From the IMG/VR virus record IMGVR_UViG_3300027896_000017, positions 52,768 through 116,767 of that record: a stretch of 64,000 nt of DNA, one strand, 5' to 3'. This stretch comes from a virus. This document shows, one piece after another, positions 47,663-58,861 of the stretch. The number at the start of each line of letters is the position of its first letter. Position 1 is the stretch's first letter. Both the position numbers and the translations under genes were made by a program. The notes beneath the pieces are model-generated. The model was not told the origin of the DNA and did no database searches. It saw only the letters and a list, made by a program, of their open reading frames with translations.

Positions 47663-50600
47663 TTAGTTAGTGATCAAAGACCTTCCACCGAATTTAACGT
47701 TTTTAATTGGATTCCTATCCCCAGACGCACCTTTATTAAAAGTATCAGTTATATAAACAGATAACGTATGTGTGAGTTCGCTAAATCTAAATACATATCG
47801 TCCATCGCTGAATACATTACTGAATATATTGCCGAAACAATCAGGCTTTTTTGTAATTACTAATGTTCTAGTCGGTTCATCATAATAAGCTTCAAAATCT
47901 TGAACAAATATATCTTTTTTATCACTCATTATTTTATAATCAGCATCCACTATTTTCAAAGTAATGAGTATTTTTGATTCTCTTGCATATTCATCACGTT
48001 TAGAAACATCAGCATCAAATTGGCTGTACAAATCTTTTAAAATAATATTATTTGAGCTGGATACATACTGTTTATTAGAATAATCAGAATTTAATTTATC
48101 CTGATAAATCGCTTCTATATTATTGGGATTAAAAAAGAAATCATAAACCTCCAGCTCATATGGCCCTATATCTATAATATTATAATTAAAAACTCTGATA
48201 TTACCAACAATATCATTCGCCTCAGTGATAAAAATATTATCTCCCGCATCAACTATAGGGGAGATTTTTTCTGGTTTAAAAGTTTTAGACATTATTGTTT
48301 CAATATCAAAAAGCTGGTCAACAAGAACTACGTCGGACAATACGGGGTCGGTATCAACCAATGATTTATATGTTTTAGTGTTATTTATATAAAGATGACT
48401 TGAAGTATCATAATTATATGTTAATGTATTATGGATCTCGTCTTGGGTTGTTACCAAGCAGGGAGAGAATGTTAAATTGCTATTAAACCTGGATAATATA
48501 GCCGAATTAGCTATTAAGTTACTTGTTAAATTATTTTTAGATAAATATAAATTACTTGATGAATGCGCGTTTCTATAAATAAAAAATGTATTAAAAGCAT
48601 ATACCACACCTTTAGGTATATCAAATACAGCATCCGAATTAAGTTGAACAATACAATTTGAATATTTAAATCTTATAATGTCCGTTACCGACGATGGGGC
48701 CAGATAATCCGCCAAAGCCGATTCGTCACTGTATATTTTTAAATCTTCATAAGTAATAGTATACTGTTTGGAACCTTCATCTATAAGTGAGGTTGTATAA
48801 ATTAAAGAGGCTGGCCCATTTTCCAATTCAGGTAAATATGTTTTAATTACAACGGTTCTCGACGCTCTATCCAGTAATTTAAATACACCACTGAATTGCT
48901 GATTAGCTTCAACATTAATTTCTAAATTATACCCTTGAACATAAGCATTATTAGCAAGAAATTCGTTAATACCCCCAGTGCCTTCAATGCTGGGAAATTG
49001 ATACTGTAATGGCAATGATGATAAAATATGTTTCCTTAAATGAATAACAAACGTAGGTGGGACGTTTGTAGAAAAGGAATTTACATTTATAATTACAGGA
49101 TTAACCATTAAAGATCCAGTTCCATAAGCATCAAAATATTCAAAAGCGCCCCTATCCCACAAGGCAGGTTCTCTTTTACTTAAAGTTATATCAGTGTCGA
49201 ATGCGTATTCTGAAATAGCAGATAAATCAATTGCAGTATCGTATGCAGAAAAATCAACACCCCTATTTAAATCAAAACTTCCATCTTCTACATTAACAAA
49301 TTTAATAATAGTATTTCTATAGTTGGTATAATAAGTATATCTCTCAGTATAATAGCTAGGAAATCCATAATAATCATCAACAACATTGTTTAAATAATTA
49401 ATATTATTATCTAATAACGCATATGCAATTACAAAATTTTGAAATATAGATTTTTGAATAATATTATTTTTGATATCAAATGGTATAGTATTTTCCCCAC
49501 CCTGAACATATACTCTTGTAATATAAATCCCTCTAAGACAATGGTAGATAGTATTATTAAAAATGTTTCCTTTAATGCGGTCTATATATGGATCGGTTGT
49601 TCCTGTCCGAACGCCATCACCACTACAATTATATATAAGATTATTAATTATATAATCTTTACAATATAAAAAAGGAACTATGGATGCGTTTGAATAAATA
49701 CCATGACCAGAATTTGAATTTGATATACCACAATTATAAATTATATTTCCAATAATAGTATGATTATTGCAACCAAACAATTGAATTCCATCCCCGCTAT
49801 CATTAGAGATTATAAGACCTTCTATAATAATATTATTTATAGAATTAAATTTTAAAGCAAAATAATTATTCGCCCTGATGGTATATCCATTTTCAACATG
49901 GCCATTATGTCTCTGTCTGGAATTAACTTCATTTATAATATCATAAGGGGCGTAAATTCTTATAGTACAATCAGGAGTGGTTGTTACTGAATTAAGTTCA
50001 ATAGGGCCTCTGTCAATACCGTCATTATATGCAACTACGTTAAGTTGAAGTTCTGATGAAGCCAAATTTTTTCCGGTAGGAAGTTTAGACCAAACAGAAT
50101 TAGATATATCTGATAATAAAGAATAAATAGAATTAAATGGTTTTATTATATGTTTTACTTCACCAGAAATATTATCAATAGCCTTGCCATAATAATCGGT
50201 AACCATCCATTCATGTAAAGAAATCTTTTGTTTAATTAGGCACCCATTAACAAAATTTGATGAAATAATTTCATTACCCACGCCCATTTGTGGATGGATC
50301 TGATCTGTATAATTTCCATCACTATCCGCAAATGTTATAATACTTATATCTTCTTTAATTCTTATGCCAGAGGTTTTATTAATTGAATAATGTAATGTAT
50401 CATCATGCGCAATTTTAATATCCTGATCTAATCCAATTCCATAATATACTTTATATGGTTGATACTCAAGAGCGCCACGATCCCAACGAGCATTTCTTGT
50501 AAGACCACAGGCGTCAATAGAAAAAGCATAATTACTACTAATATTAATATAACTGGGAAAGTTATGATTATTAGTAATAAATGGCATTGCATTAGACATT

Positions 50601-53600
50601 GCATATATATCATTTATATTTAAATGATAAATATTATTATCTTTATTTTCAAATAACATTGTAACATTAGAAATACATTCATTATGGATTCCTGCGCTGG
50701 CATCTTGACTTATACAATATCGTAAAAATATAGATGCATTATAATAATCTGAAATATACCCTGAAGGGGAATTGTTTTGAACTATGTTATTAAAAAGAAT
50801 ATCATTAGTTTCATTATATATTCCATATTTTCCACAATTAACTACAGTATTATTGCAAACAAAATCTGAACCGGAACACTTAATTCCGGTATCGGACTTA
50901 TTAGCAATAATATTATTAATAATAACTGATTCTGTGGCGGAAGAAGCGTCAATTCCATTTGATCCACCCATAATCAAACAAGAAGTGACTTTTGATTCAA
51001 TAGAATATGTATCAAAAATTACTCCGGTTCCTGGCTCTTGTGTTAGTATGATTAAGCCATCTATTATAATGTATGGAACCCCAATTTTAATACAATCTCC
51101 TGATGCTGGTTCTATTCTAACTTCATTAAAAACCTCAGCGTCAGTAATGTAACCCTTGTGTCTTTGAGAAGAATTACATTCATTAATATTATCTGATGGA
51201 GGATATATTCTTAAATAATAATTTTTATTTGAAGCATAATAATTATAAGCAATATTACTAATATCTACTTTGACCGTGTGAGCTAAATTACTTTTATACA
51301 TCGGAATATTTATTTGACATCTTGCATCAATTAAAGAATTAAATAAACCACCATATCCATTTTTAAATAATGTCCGTAAATCAGAAATGGCTGCATTTAA
51401 TTCTTCATAACTATGTTTAATTGAATTTAAAGCGACATTGCTTATATCGTTTGGAATGGCCCCATATACGGTTCTAACCTCCCACTGTTTATATGAATAT
51501 TTTTTATATAAATAACATTTGTGATGAGCTGTCGCATGATAATCTACAGTGTCACCAATGCCTATGTTTCCGTCTTGATCGATACTAAATTCAGCAATTC
51601 CATTAATAATTGTAATAGTAGGATCTAATCCGGATTTTAAATCATCAGTAGTTTTACTAGATGAAAAATTAAAAATGAGTGGACTAACATTAGGAACACT
51701 GTCGGCCCCCATAGACCATTCTATTAAATCATCTGAGTCCATGCTGAGATAATCCATATCAATATCATAATTAGTCATTATATCGAAGCCATAAGAATAT
51801 ATTGGACGAACAAGACCTTTATTAAGTGCGGCAAAGTCGTGTCTAGCCAAATGATAGTTGTTATTATCAGGATCAAGAAAATTAATATCTATATTTTTAT
51901 ATCCGCTGGCTCCGGTTATATCATTTGAAATACAGTTTTCAAAAGCTCCATAATCACCTGCGCAACTATAGCCAACCGGAAGCGGATCTAATGAAACATC
52001 TACTTGAACAAGATTGTTTGTTAAAGACGCATCTGCGGAACTCACATTCCTGCTAATTCCGCATGTTAAAGCATTGGGCACAGTATTATTAGATGCTCCA
52101 CCATTTACGATATCAATGCCGGTATCGGTATTATATATAATATTGTTAAAAATTTTAATATCAGTAGAGCCTGCAATTTGTTTAATACCATAATCCCCAG
52201 ACGCTGCAGATCCTATAATTAAATTGCCATCTATTAAATTCAAAACACAACCTGTTTGAATTAAAATTCCAATTCCGACAGATTTAATAATTAAACCTTC
52301 TACGTTAACATAAGAATTATTTATAATTATTCCGCCGGCTGAAGATTCAATGCCAAAAGCGCTGGTACTATATATTCCAGAATGTCTTTGTTTTGTATTA
52401 CATTGAGTAATAGTATTCCATGGGGTGGATATTACCATTTTATAATCTTGACTACACGACCAACCATTAATAGTTACATTACCAGCATCGAATCCGCCAT
52501 CATTATAGCACCATATAAATAAATTTGCTTTATTGGTTATAAGATCAACTGATCCAAATTCATGAGCTATATTCAAACCAACAAAAGCGTCATGAAGATT
52601 GTGCGTTACCCTGGCTATACTGGCAACACTAACATTATCACAATCGTAACTATTATTTAATAATGATCCATACCTATCCCTGATTATCCAGGTATAATTA
52701 TTGCCCTTTTCTGCAAGATAATATCCAGGTATTATAGGGGTTCCTGTGGTAGAAGTCGTAGTAGTGGTTGTGGTACCACCAGAAGCCAATATAATTTTAT
52801 CACCAACACCGATACGATGGTCAATATCATGATTGGAAAATGTAATAATACTATTTTTAATAGATGCCGTTAAACCAACTGAAATAAAATTATCTGTAGA
52901 TATTCCTAAAGAAAAATTAGCAATATTGTCTAAAGATGGTACAAAATAAACGCATCCTATACACCAATTGGAGACTGTTCTATAATTGCCTTCAAAATCA
53001 TCATAAACACTATAATCACTATCAGTAGACAATATAACCGCATCGGTCATATCAAGAGAAGTAGCGAATGAAATATGATAATTATTAGGAAAATTATTTC
53101 TAAAAATTATTTTTTTATTAACTTGGTTATAAGATCCCTGAAACTTATACAATGATTCATCCTCAGACCAACAACTGTCTACTGTAATAAAATCAGGATC
53201 ATAAATGGTGGCAGAATATCCCTTTTCCGTACTTCCTTGTTCAAGATTATTTTTTAATATAGCTTTATTAGTAAATTGTTCTTCAGGATGAATTTCAATA
53301 TTAATACCACGTTTATTTTTAATTAAAGTATTATTATAAATAAAATGATAACCATTAACAGTACGAGAGGATATGTGACTGATATTAATACCATATTCTT
53401 TACATTTATAAATAAGGTTATTAACTATTACTATTTTTTCACTTTCTATATTATTACAATTTATACCATTTTTTCCACAAGAATATATGATATTATTTTT
53501 AATAATTTGATTATTACCACCTACGGTAATAATTATTCCATTTGCTTCAGATGACGTTATTTGCAACCCATCAATGACAACATTGTCTTTTGATATGGTT

Positions 53601-55414
53601 AAACCATCTATGGTCGTAGTCAGATTCCATAGCGTAAAATCTAACACTCCAGAATGACGCCTTCTTACGTTACATTCTTTAAAAATATCATAAGGAGTAG
53701 TTATAGTAAGAAATCTAGTAAAATCAAATTCTAATACAACATTAAAAGCAATTGGGTTAGTTTCTGTTCCATATGAACAATAAATGGTTGGTTTAAGATC
53801 TGATGTTATAAAACTGGAAGTGTTTATTAAACTGTAAATTAACGGATCACCCATACCACTATTATTGACAGTTTGATCCAAGTTATTAAAAATAGTTGTT
53901 ATAGTTGTAATGGATGTAAGCGCTTTATTTTCAGGTATTTTACCCTGACCTGTTGAATCGTTTTTAGTTACCAACCAACTTGTATCAGTATATTTCTCAT
54001 ATAGAATATATTGTGAAGCATCAGACATTGTAACTAAACAGCCACTACATAAATACTGATTGGTTTGTGAAGTATCAAAATTCATTACACCATTAGTGAT
54101 AGATGCAGAAGGAGTCCCTGTTTTTAAATCTAATATTGATCCTATAGCAACTTTTAATTCTCTAACATAATGATAAGCTCCTATAGGCCATGTGTTATCA
54201 ATGCTATTATCGGAAACATCAGTAATAAAAGAATATATTAAATCATTGGATAAATCTTTTCCCATTCTTACAGCTTCATCAGAAGCTTTCGGATCAAGCC
54301 TATAATCATTATTTGATTCATCTTTAAATTGAATAGTAATATTAGGGTGACAATCGGTTCCGCCTGAAGAAGAATTGTCTTTAGTGATACAATTAAATAA
54401 TTGTCCTGAACCAACAACTATATCGGCTATGGTACAGTTTTGAACAAGATTATTGGTTATTATTGAAGCATAAGAACCATTTATTATACCTTGTTCCGTA
54501 ATACCTTTACCAATAATAGTATTATTATAAATATAACCAGTTACACTGGTAAATATAGCGCCCTTTTTCATGCCATAAATAATATTGCCTTTAATTATAA
54601 CCGAACTGGGTGCGGCAATATTATCAAATATTGCGTATTGAGCATTAGTTAAAAGATTGTTTATGATCTTGATTCCATTTTTTAAGCCTACTATTAATCC
54701 ATTAGTATTTCCTGAATTGCCATCTATCCACAAACCATCAATTTGCATATTGGCTATAGGTGTAATCCCATTAATACCATCAACCACCGATAATTTATAT
54801 CCTCCAGGAATTCCTGAATGTTTCTGACGAGAATTGCATTCACTTTTTAAATCTATAGGAGCAAATATTTTAATATAATAATTAGAATCAGTAATCCATA
54901 AAGGGCCCGGATCTATCGAACTAGATACGGAATCATTCATTTCATAACATGCTATTCTTAAAATAGTGTTTAATTTTGTTAAATCATAAGCGCCAACAAG
55001 GGCATGTGCGCCATCTACTGCGGCTTTCAAACCTGAAAATGTTTTATTTATTGATATTAATGTTTCTTTTGTGACATTCTGAGCAAAAACTAGTTTGCCA
55101 CCGACGCTCTGTAGAACTTCCCATTTAGTGGTTGAAATTTTTCTATTTAAAATAACTGAACCATGCGTAAAAGTTACCGTATCTCCAACCCCAATATATG
55201 GATGAGTTTGAGGATACGAAAATTCAAGTATTCCATTTTGAATATTTAATAAAACATCCAAGCCCTTGGCTGATTTGGTTATATATTCATCAGTATATGA
55301 GGTTTGTTTACCAACAGATATAGTTATAAAACCAGGATAGTTCTTAGTGCCATGAGAAAAAGCGGCTGAACCCCCAATGGGCGAAGCGAGGCTATGAGCT
55401 TTGTGCCCTATCAT
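47663..55414 (-). CDS. Giant multi-module right-handed beta-helix (pectin lyase-like) protein (2583 aa)
   Basis: Five ~400-aa modules each with xxNxRQRHxG, I.NN.IY/NNT beta-helix rungs and W.IGA ends. Confidence 0.8.
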   Translation of the reverse strand: MIGHKAHSLASPIGGSAAFSHGTKNYPGFITISVGKQTSYTDEYITKSAKGLDVLLNIQNGILEFSYPQTHPYIGVGDTVTFTHGSVILNRKISTTKWEVLQSVGGKLVFAQNVTKETLISINKTFSGLKAAVDGAHALVGAYDLTKLNTILRIACYEMNDSVSSSIDPGPLWITDSNYYIKIFAPIDLKSECNSRQKHSGIPGGYKLSVVDGINGITPIANMQIDGLWIDGNSGNTNGLIVGLKNGIKIINNLLTNAQYAIFDNIAAPSSVIIKGNIIYGMKKGAIFTSVTGYIYNNTIIGKGITEQGIINGSYASIITNNLVQNCTIADIVVGSGQLFNCITKDNSSSGGTDCHPNITIQFKDESNNDYRLDPKASDEAVRMGKDLSNDLIYSFITDVSDNSIDNTWPIGAYHYVRELKVAIGSILDLKTGTPSASITNGVMNFDTSQTNQYLCSGCLVTMSDASQYILYEKYTDTSWLVTKNDSTGQGKIPENKALTSITTITTIFNNLDQTVNNSGMGDPLIYSLINTSSFITSDLKPTIYCSYGTETNPIAFNVVLEFDFTRFLTITTPYDIFKECNVRRRHSGVLDFTLWNLTTTIDGLTISKDNVVIDGLQITSSEANGIIITVGGNNQIIKNNIIYSCGKNGINCNNIESEKIVIVNNLIYKCKEYGINISHISSRTVNGYHFIYNNTLIKNKRGINIEIHPEEQFTNKAILKNNLEQGSTEKGYSATIYDPDFITVDSCWSEDESLYKFQGSYNQVNKKIIFRNNFPNNYHISFATSLDMTDAVILSTDSDYSVYDDFEGNYRTVSNWCIGCVYFVPSLDNIANFSLGISTDNFISVGLTASIKNSIITFSNHDIDHRIGVGDKIILASGGTTTTTTTSTTGTPIIPGYYLAEKGNNYTWIIRDRYGSLLNNSYDCDNVSVASIARVTHNLHDAFVGLNIAHEFGSVDLITNKANLFIWCYNDGGFDAGNVTINGWSCSQDYKMVISTPWNTITQCNTKQRHSGIYSTSAFGIESSAGGIIINNSYVNVEGLIIKSVGIGILIQTGCVLNLIDGNLIIGSAASGDYGIKQIAGSTDIKIFNNIIYNTDTGIDIVNGGASNNTVPNALTCGISRNVSSADASLTNNLVQVDVSLDPLPVGYSCAGDYGAFENCISNDITGASGYKNIDINFLDPDNNNYHLARHDFAALNKGLVRPIYSYGFDIMTNYDIDMDYLSMDSDDLIEWSMGADSVPNVSPLIFNFSSSKTTDDLKSGLDPTITIINGIAEFSIDQDGNIGIGDTVDYHATAHHKCYLYKKYSYKQWEVRTVYGAIPNDISNVALNSIKHSYEELNAAISDLRTLFKNGYGGLFNSLIDARCQINIPMYKSNLAHTVKVDISNIAYNYYASNKNYYLRIYPPSDNINECNSSQRHKGYITDAEVFNEVRIEPASGDCIKIGVPYIIIDGLIILTQEPGTGVIFDTYSIESKVTSCLIMGGSNGIDASSATESVIINNIIANKSDTGIKCSGSDFVCNNTVVNCGKYGIYNETNDILFNNIVQNNSPSGYISDYYNASIFLRYCISQDASAGIHNECISNVTMLFENKDNNIYHLNINDIYAMSNAMPFITNNHNFPSYINISSNYAFSIDACGLTRNARWDRGALEYQPYKVYYGIGLDQDIKIAHDDTLHYSINKTSGIRIKEDISIITFADSDGNYTDQIHPQMGVGNEIISSNFVNGCLIKQKISLHEWMVTDYYGKAIDNISGEVKHIIKPFNSIYSLLSDISNSVWSKLPTGKNLASSELQLNVVAYNDGIDRGPIELNSVTTTPDCTIRIYAPYDIINEVNSRQRHNGHVENGYTIRANNYFALKFNSINNIIIEGLIISNDSGDGIQLFGCNNHTIIGNIIYNCGISNSNSGHGIYSNASIVPFLYCKDYIINNLIYNCSGDGVRTGTTDPYIDRIKGNIFNNTIYHCLRGIYITRVYVQGGENTIPFDIKNNIIQKSIFQNFVIAYALLDNNINYLNNVVDDYYGFPSYYTERYTYYTNYRNTIIKFVNVEDGSFDLNRGVDFSAYDTAIDLSAISEYAFDTDITLSKREPALWDRGAFEYFDAYGTGSLMVNPVIINVNSFSTNVPPTFVIHLRKHILSSLPLQYQFPSIEGTGGINEFLANNAYVQGYNLEINVEANQQFSGVFKLLDRASRTVVIKTYLPELENGPASLIYTTSLIDEGSKQYTITYEDLKIYSDESALADYLAPSSVTDIIRFKYSNCIVQLNSDAVFDIPKGVVYAFNTFFIYRNAHSSSNLYLSKNNLTSNLIANSAILSRFNSNLTFSPCLVTTQDEIHNTLTYNYDTSSHLYINNTKTYKSLVDTDPVLSDVVLVDQLFDIETIMSKTFKPEKISPIVDAGDNIFITEANDIVGNIRVFNYNIIDIGPYELEVYDFFFNPNNIEAIYQDKLNSDYSNKQYVSSSNNIILKDLYSQFDADVSKRDEYARESKILITLKIVDADYKIMSDKKDIFVQDFEAYYDEPTRTLVITKKPDCFGNIFSNVFSDGRYVFRFSELTHTLSVYITDTFNKGASGDRNPIKNVKFGGRSLITN

Positions 55415-55428
55415 ATTTTATTTCCTAA

Positions 55429-56001
55429 TTATGGAGCAGGCGTGGTTCCTACTAATATATATGGAACAACTGGCCCTCTATGAGTAACCCTTGATGGATC
55501 GGTTGCATATGTTATACCGATTCCTCCCTCAAAAGCTTTAGCCTGAAATTTACAATTTTCTAAATTTCCAAAATTTTCAATCGTAGCATACCATCGTATC
55601 CAGGCTTCACCGCCACTAACCTCAACCTGATAAGGCAATCCCATCCAGGTGTCTTCAAAAGAATCGTTATCAATAGAAAACTCATTAATTTTAAAAGAGC
55701 GCATATTAGAAGAATCCGTAGCGCTTACTAAAGCAATATATTTATGTTTATCGATAAGTTTTGAAATAAATAGCCATAATTCTATCGTCCAAATATCAAC
55801 ATCAGATTGATAATACATAGTTACACTAATAGGGGCGACCGCCACATTGGCAACCAGATCCCACATAGTAATACTAACAGTTATAGTGTAAATGCTATGA
55901 TCGTTTGCGATTGGAAGCTGATCGGTATCATCAATAACATTGTTGCCGTCAAAAGCCATGACGGTGTCAGAATTAAAGTTAATAACTTGAGGAATTTTCA
56001 T
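55429..56001 (-). CDS. Hypothetical virion-module protein (190 aa)
   Basis: AAGGAG RBS. Confidence 0.65.
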   Translation of the reverse strand: MKIPQVINFNSDTVMAFDGNNVIDDTDQLPIANDHSIYTITVSITMWDLVANVAVAPISVTMYYQSDVDIWTIELWLFISKLIDKHKYIALVSATDSSNMRSFKINEFSIDNDSFEDTWMGLPYQVEVSGGEAWIRWYATIENFGNLENCKFQAKAFEGGIGITYATDPSRVTHRGPVVPYILVGTTPAP

Positions 56002-56032
56002 GCCAATCTCCTTATATGATTTAAAAAAAATA

Positions 56033-57244
56033 TTATGATTCTATATGCCGCCAAAAAGTACCATCAAATATAAACATCATTGCAATTTTATAACCAATAC
56101 CAGCTCCCAGCGATCTGGCGCCCGGAGGTGTTCCAACATCGCCAAATTTAAATACATTATATGTACTCCCCGGGGCAACATAACTAATAAGAGTACATGT
56201 TTTTGTTATATCGGCCATACTAAATATTATCGTATCCCCCGATTTAAATCCACAACTTGGATCAATGCCATAAATGTTTTTAAAATCAAGAGTATTATCT
56301 AATAAATAAAAATTAGCATTTCTATTCAATGTCAAAAAATACCCTTTCACTGGTCCTACTTCTGTTTTGGTATAAGTTCCGGTTTGACCATTTGTTGATA
56401 ATTCCCCACCATATGTTAAATTTTTTCCGGCAGTTATATTTCCGGCGGTTGCCGCAATATTACCATTATTAGATGTGATACTAAAGTTTGCTGTAACATT
56501 ACCATGAGCATATACATCCCCATTGGTTGAAGTTATATTATCATGCACTGATAAAGCGCCGTTAGTTGAAGTTATATTACCAGGCACTGATAAAGCGCCG
56601 TTAGTTGAAGTTATATTATCATGCACTGATAAAGCGCCGTTAGTTGAAGTTATATTACCATGTACTGATAAATTACCGGCATTGGATGTTATATCCCCCT
56701 CAGAAATAATTAAACCTGTTGAAATTCGAGTAGATATTATTGTAACAATTGACGCGCCAGTAAATTCAACAGAGGCCGCCGTATCAACAGATTGATCAAT
56801 AGAATGTAAATACTTCCAAGTTGTTTCAGATATACTATTTGGAAACTTTAGGTTTATTAATTGAGTAATTGCAAAATCAGTAAGAGAAGGTAATGTAGTA
56901 GCATAAGTATTAACTAAATCTCTAAAAGTTACAAAATCATCATGAAATGCAGCGATAGATCCTACGCCTTGAACTAAACAAAGAGAAAAATAACCCTCAT
57001 CTGCGCTAATATAATTATCTCCTCCGATATTAATTCTATTTACACAATCAATATAATTTGCTTTTATATAACTAAGAGGAGACTCGCTTCCTAACGAGGC
57101 TAAAACACCATCAATAGTTCCACTAATTAAATCGGAACCCGCGCCTGAAATAGGGAAAGAGAATTGATTGGATGCAACTTTAGAAAATCCATAATTACAT
57201 AAAATATCTTTATCAAATATGTATTTAACTACTGAGGTCTGCAT
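56033..57244 (-). CDS. Tail fibre/spike-like protein (403 aa)
   Basis: AAGGAG RBS; NITSTNG beta-repeats. Confidence 0.55.
   Translation of the reverse strand: MQTSVVKYIFDKDILCNYGFSKVASNQFSFPISGAGSDLISGTIDGVLASLGSESPLSYIKANYIDCVNRINIGGDNYISADEGYFSLCLVQGVGSIAAFHDDFVTFRDLVNTYATTLPSLTDFAITQLINLKFPNSISETTWKYLHSIDQSVDTAASVEFTGASIVTIISTRISTGLIISEGDITSNAGNLSVHGNITSTNGALSVHDNITSTNGALSVPGNITSTNGALSVHDNITSTNGDVYAHGNVTANFSITSNNGNIAATAGNITAGKNLTYGGELSTNGQTGTYTKTEVGPVKGYFLTLNRNANFYLLDNTLDFKNIYGIDPSCGFKSGDTIIFSMADITKTCTLISYVAPGSTYNVFKFGDVGTPPGARSLGAGIGYKIAMMFIFDGTFWRHIES
56526..56672. repeat. 39-bp tandem repeat, ~3.8 copies (13-aa unit HDNITSTNGALSV)
   Basis: Units start at 56526, 56565, 56604 and 56643. 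Confidence 0.9.
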
Positions 57245-57253
57245 ACTGTCTCC

Positions 57254-57667
57254 TTATTGTCCCTGGTTTAATATTAGTGTTAAATTGGTTAATATTATAG
57301 AAGTGCTAGATGACCAATCAGTCCTATTAAATTCTATATCCGAACCTGAACGTATTTTGCCGGCTGTTCCTTTTATAAGCATATCATTATGAGGCAATCC
57401 TGTTACAGTCCCATCAATAGTAAAATATGTAACTTTTCCAGGCCGACTTGCTGAACCTCTAAGATCAAAAGTACCATCTGAACTCTTGAATTTATATGCA
57501 GCAAGCGCGTCTGTACCAATGGAAATAATATCCGCAAATCCTATTGTACACAATCCCACGTCATTTTTATCATAAAAAATTATTTGATGTTGAGCGCCAA
57601 CGCCAATCATTAAGGCATCACGAAGAAGCTTAAGCATGTTTTGGCGCATATTAACGTCAAGTTGCAT
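57254..57667 (-). CDS. Hypothetical virion-module protein (137 aa)
   Basis: GAGGTG RBS. Confidence 0.65.
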   Translation of the reverse strand: MQLDVNMRQNMLKLLRDALMIGVGAQHQIIFYDKNDVGLCTIGFADIISIGTDALAAYKFKSSDGTFDLRGSASRPGKVTYFTIDGTVTGLPHNDMLIKGTAGKIRSGSDIEFNRTDWSSSTSIILTNLTLILNQGQ

Positions 57668-57711
57668 AGAACACCTCTTAATTAATTATATAATAAAATC
57701 TTACAAATAGG

Positions 57712-58797
57712 TTATCTTTTAATTCTTAAAACACCATTTACTAACTCAAAATCGTCCGTACTGAAGTTAAGAATAACATGCTGATGACCGTCGGTTATCT
57801 GCAATGGGGCGTCTACCGTGACAGGCATATGGTCATTAAAGAATGGCATTGTACTGCCAGTCCTGCCCTCATCAGTTATTGGAACTTGTGGTATATTATT
57901 AATATCTAAAAAATATTCATTATCATCCGCGTTGAGCTCTTCAAGAATAAGAAGTTGGCTCAAAATATAATTCTGTTTAGATAATATTAACGCGCTTTCA
58001 CTCAATCTGGGCAATTTAGTAGTTTCAACATGAGATACCACATAACGCTTATAATCATCTGCGTTAACTATCAAATCTTTAGGTCTGACCAATGGATAAT
58101 TAGAAAGTCTGGCTCTTTTAGTGTCCTGAACATTTTCCCATTCTTTTTGTAAATCTGATTTCTTAGGATCTGAATCAAACGACATTTGAACGCTGATAGG
58201 CTGATAGTATCCAACTACAAAACCAGAACCCTTGCAGGTATCGCAATGAGATCTGACACGCTGTTGACGCTGAGGCGACCAACAAGTGGGGCACCTGGCT
58301 CCAAACGATTTGCGCTTTATAATTAAACAGGGTTCACCGCAATAATGCTGATATAAAAGTTCTTCTGCATAGCGCATGGTTTCATGAATACCATCACTAT
58401 ACATTCCGATAAAGACTTTATCTGAAAAGAATTGATTAGTTGGATGGGCTTTTTCTATAGCTAAAACCTTGTAATAACTATCCTGATTAAAATCATATTG
58501 TCTTAATTGGTGTGTATATGAAAGCGGTCCAACGGCGCCATCTATTTCAACAGGGTTGCCTTGCGCATCAAGAACAGGCAGATAATCAGAAACAGGATCT
58601 CTGCTCCAATGAATCTGAAACTTATAGTCATCCACAGATTCGCCTATTGGAGGCGAAGACGTGGTAGTTGTAGGAGAAGATGTGGTGGTAGTCGTTGTTG
58701 GGGGCGCAGGGGTGGTGGTTGGAGTGGGCTGAAGATCCCATTCAATGTAAAAAAAGTTTTCTTTGGTTTTTATGACTTCTACTGAGGAAAAAACCAT
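57712..58797 (-). CDS. Probable neck/head-closure protein with Zn finger and Thr-rich tract (361 aa)
   Basis: GEPC...RCPTCW...CDTCKGSGFVVGY, YPLVRPKDLIV..RYVV; TTTPAPPTTTTTTSSPTTTT. Confidence 0.5.
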   Translation of the reverse strand: MVFSSVEVIKTKENFFYIEWDLQPTPTTTPAPPTTTTTTSSPTTTTSSPPIGESVDDYKFQIHWSRDPVSDYLPVLDAQGNPVEIDGAVGPLSYTHQLRQYDFNQDSYYKVLAIEKAHPTNQFFSDKVFIGMYSDGIHETMRYAEELLYQHYCGEPCLIIKRKSFGARCPTCWSPQRQQRVRSHCDTCKGSGFVVGYYQPISVQMSFDSDPKKSDLQKEWENVQDTKRARLSNYPLVRPKDLIVNADDYKRYVVSHVETTKLPRLSESALILSKQNYILSQLLILEELNADDNEYFLDINNIPQVPITDEGRTGSTMPFFNDHMPVTVDAPLQITDGHQHVILNFSTDDFELVNGVLRIKR

Positions 58798-58861
58798 ACA
58801 CCACCCATTAAGTTATTTATTATAATTATACTAATATAACAACCAAAAAAGCTATGAATAA

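Noticed and set aside
4005-57700. TATTATAT as a late promoter upstream of minus-strand genes (about 4020, 14530, 57690)
   Set aside because: Plausible, but too low in complexity for such AT-rich DNA to support without statistics
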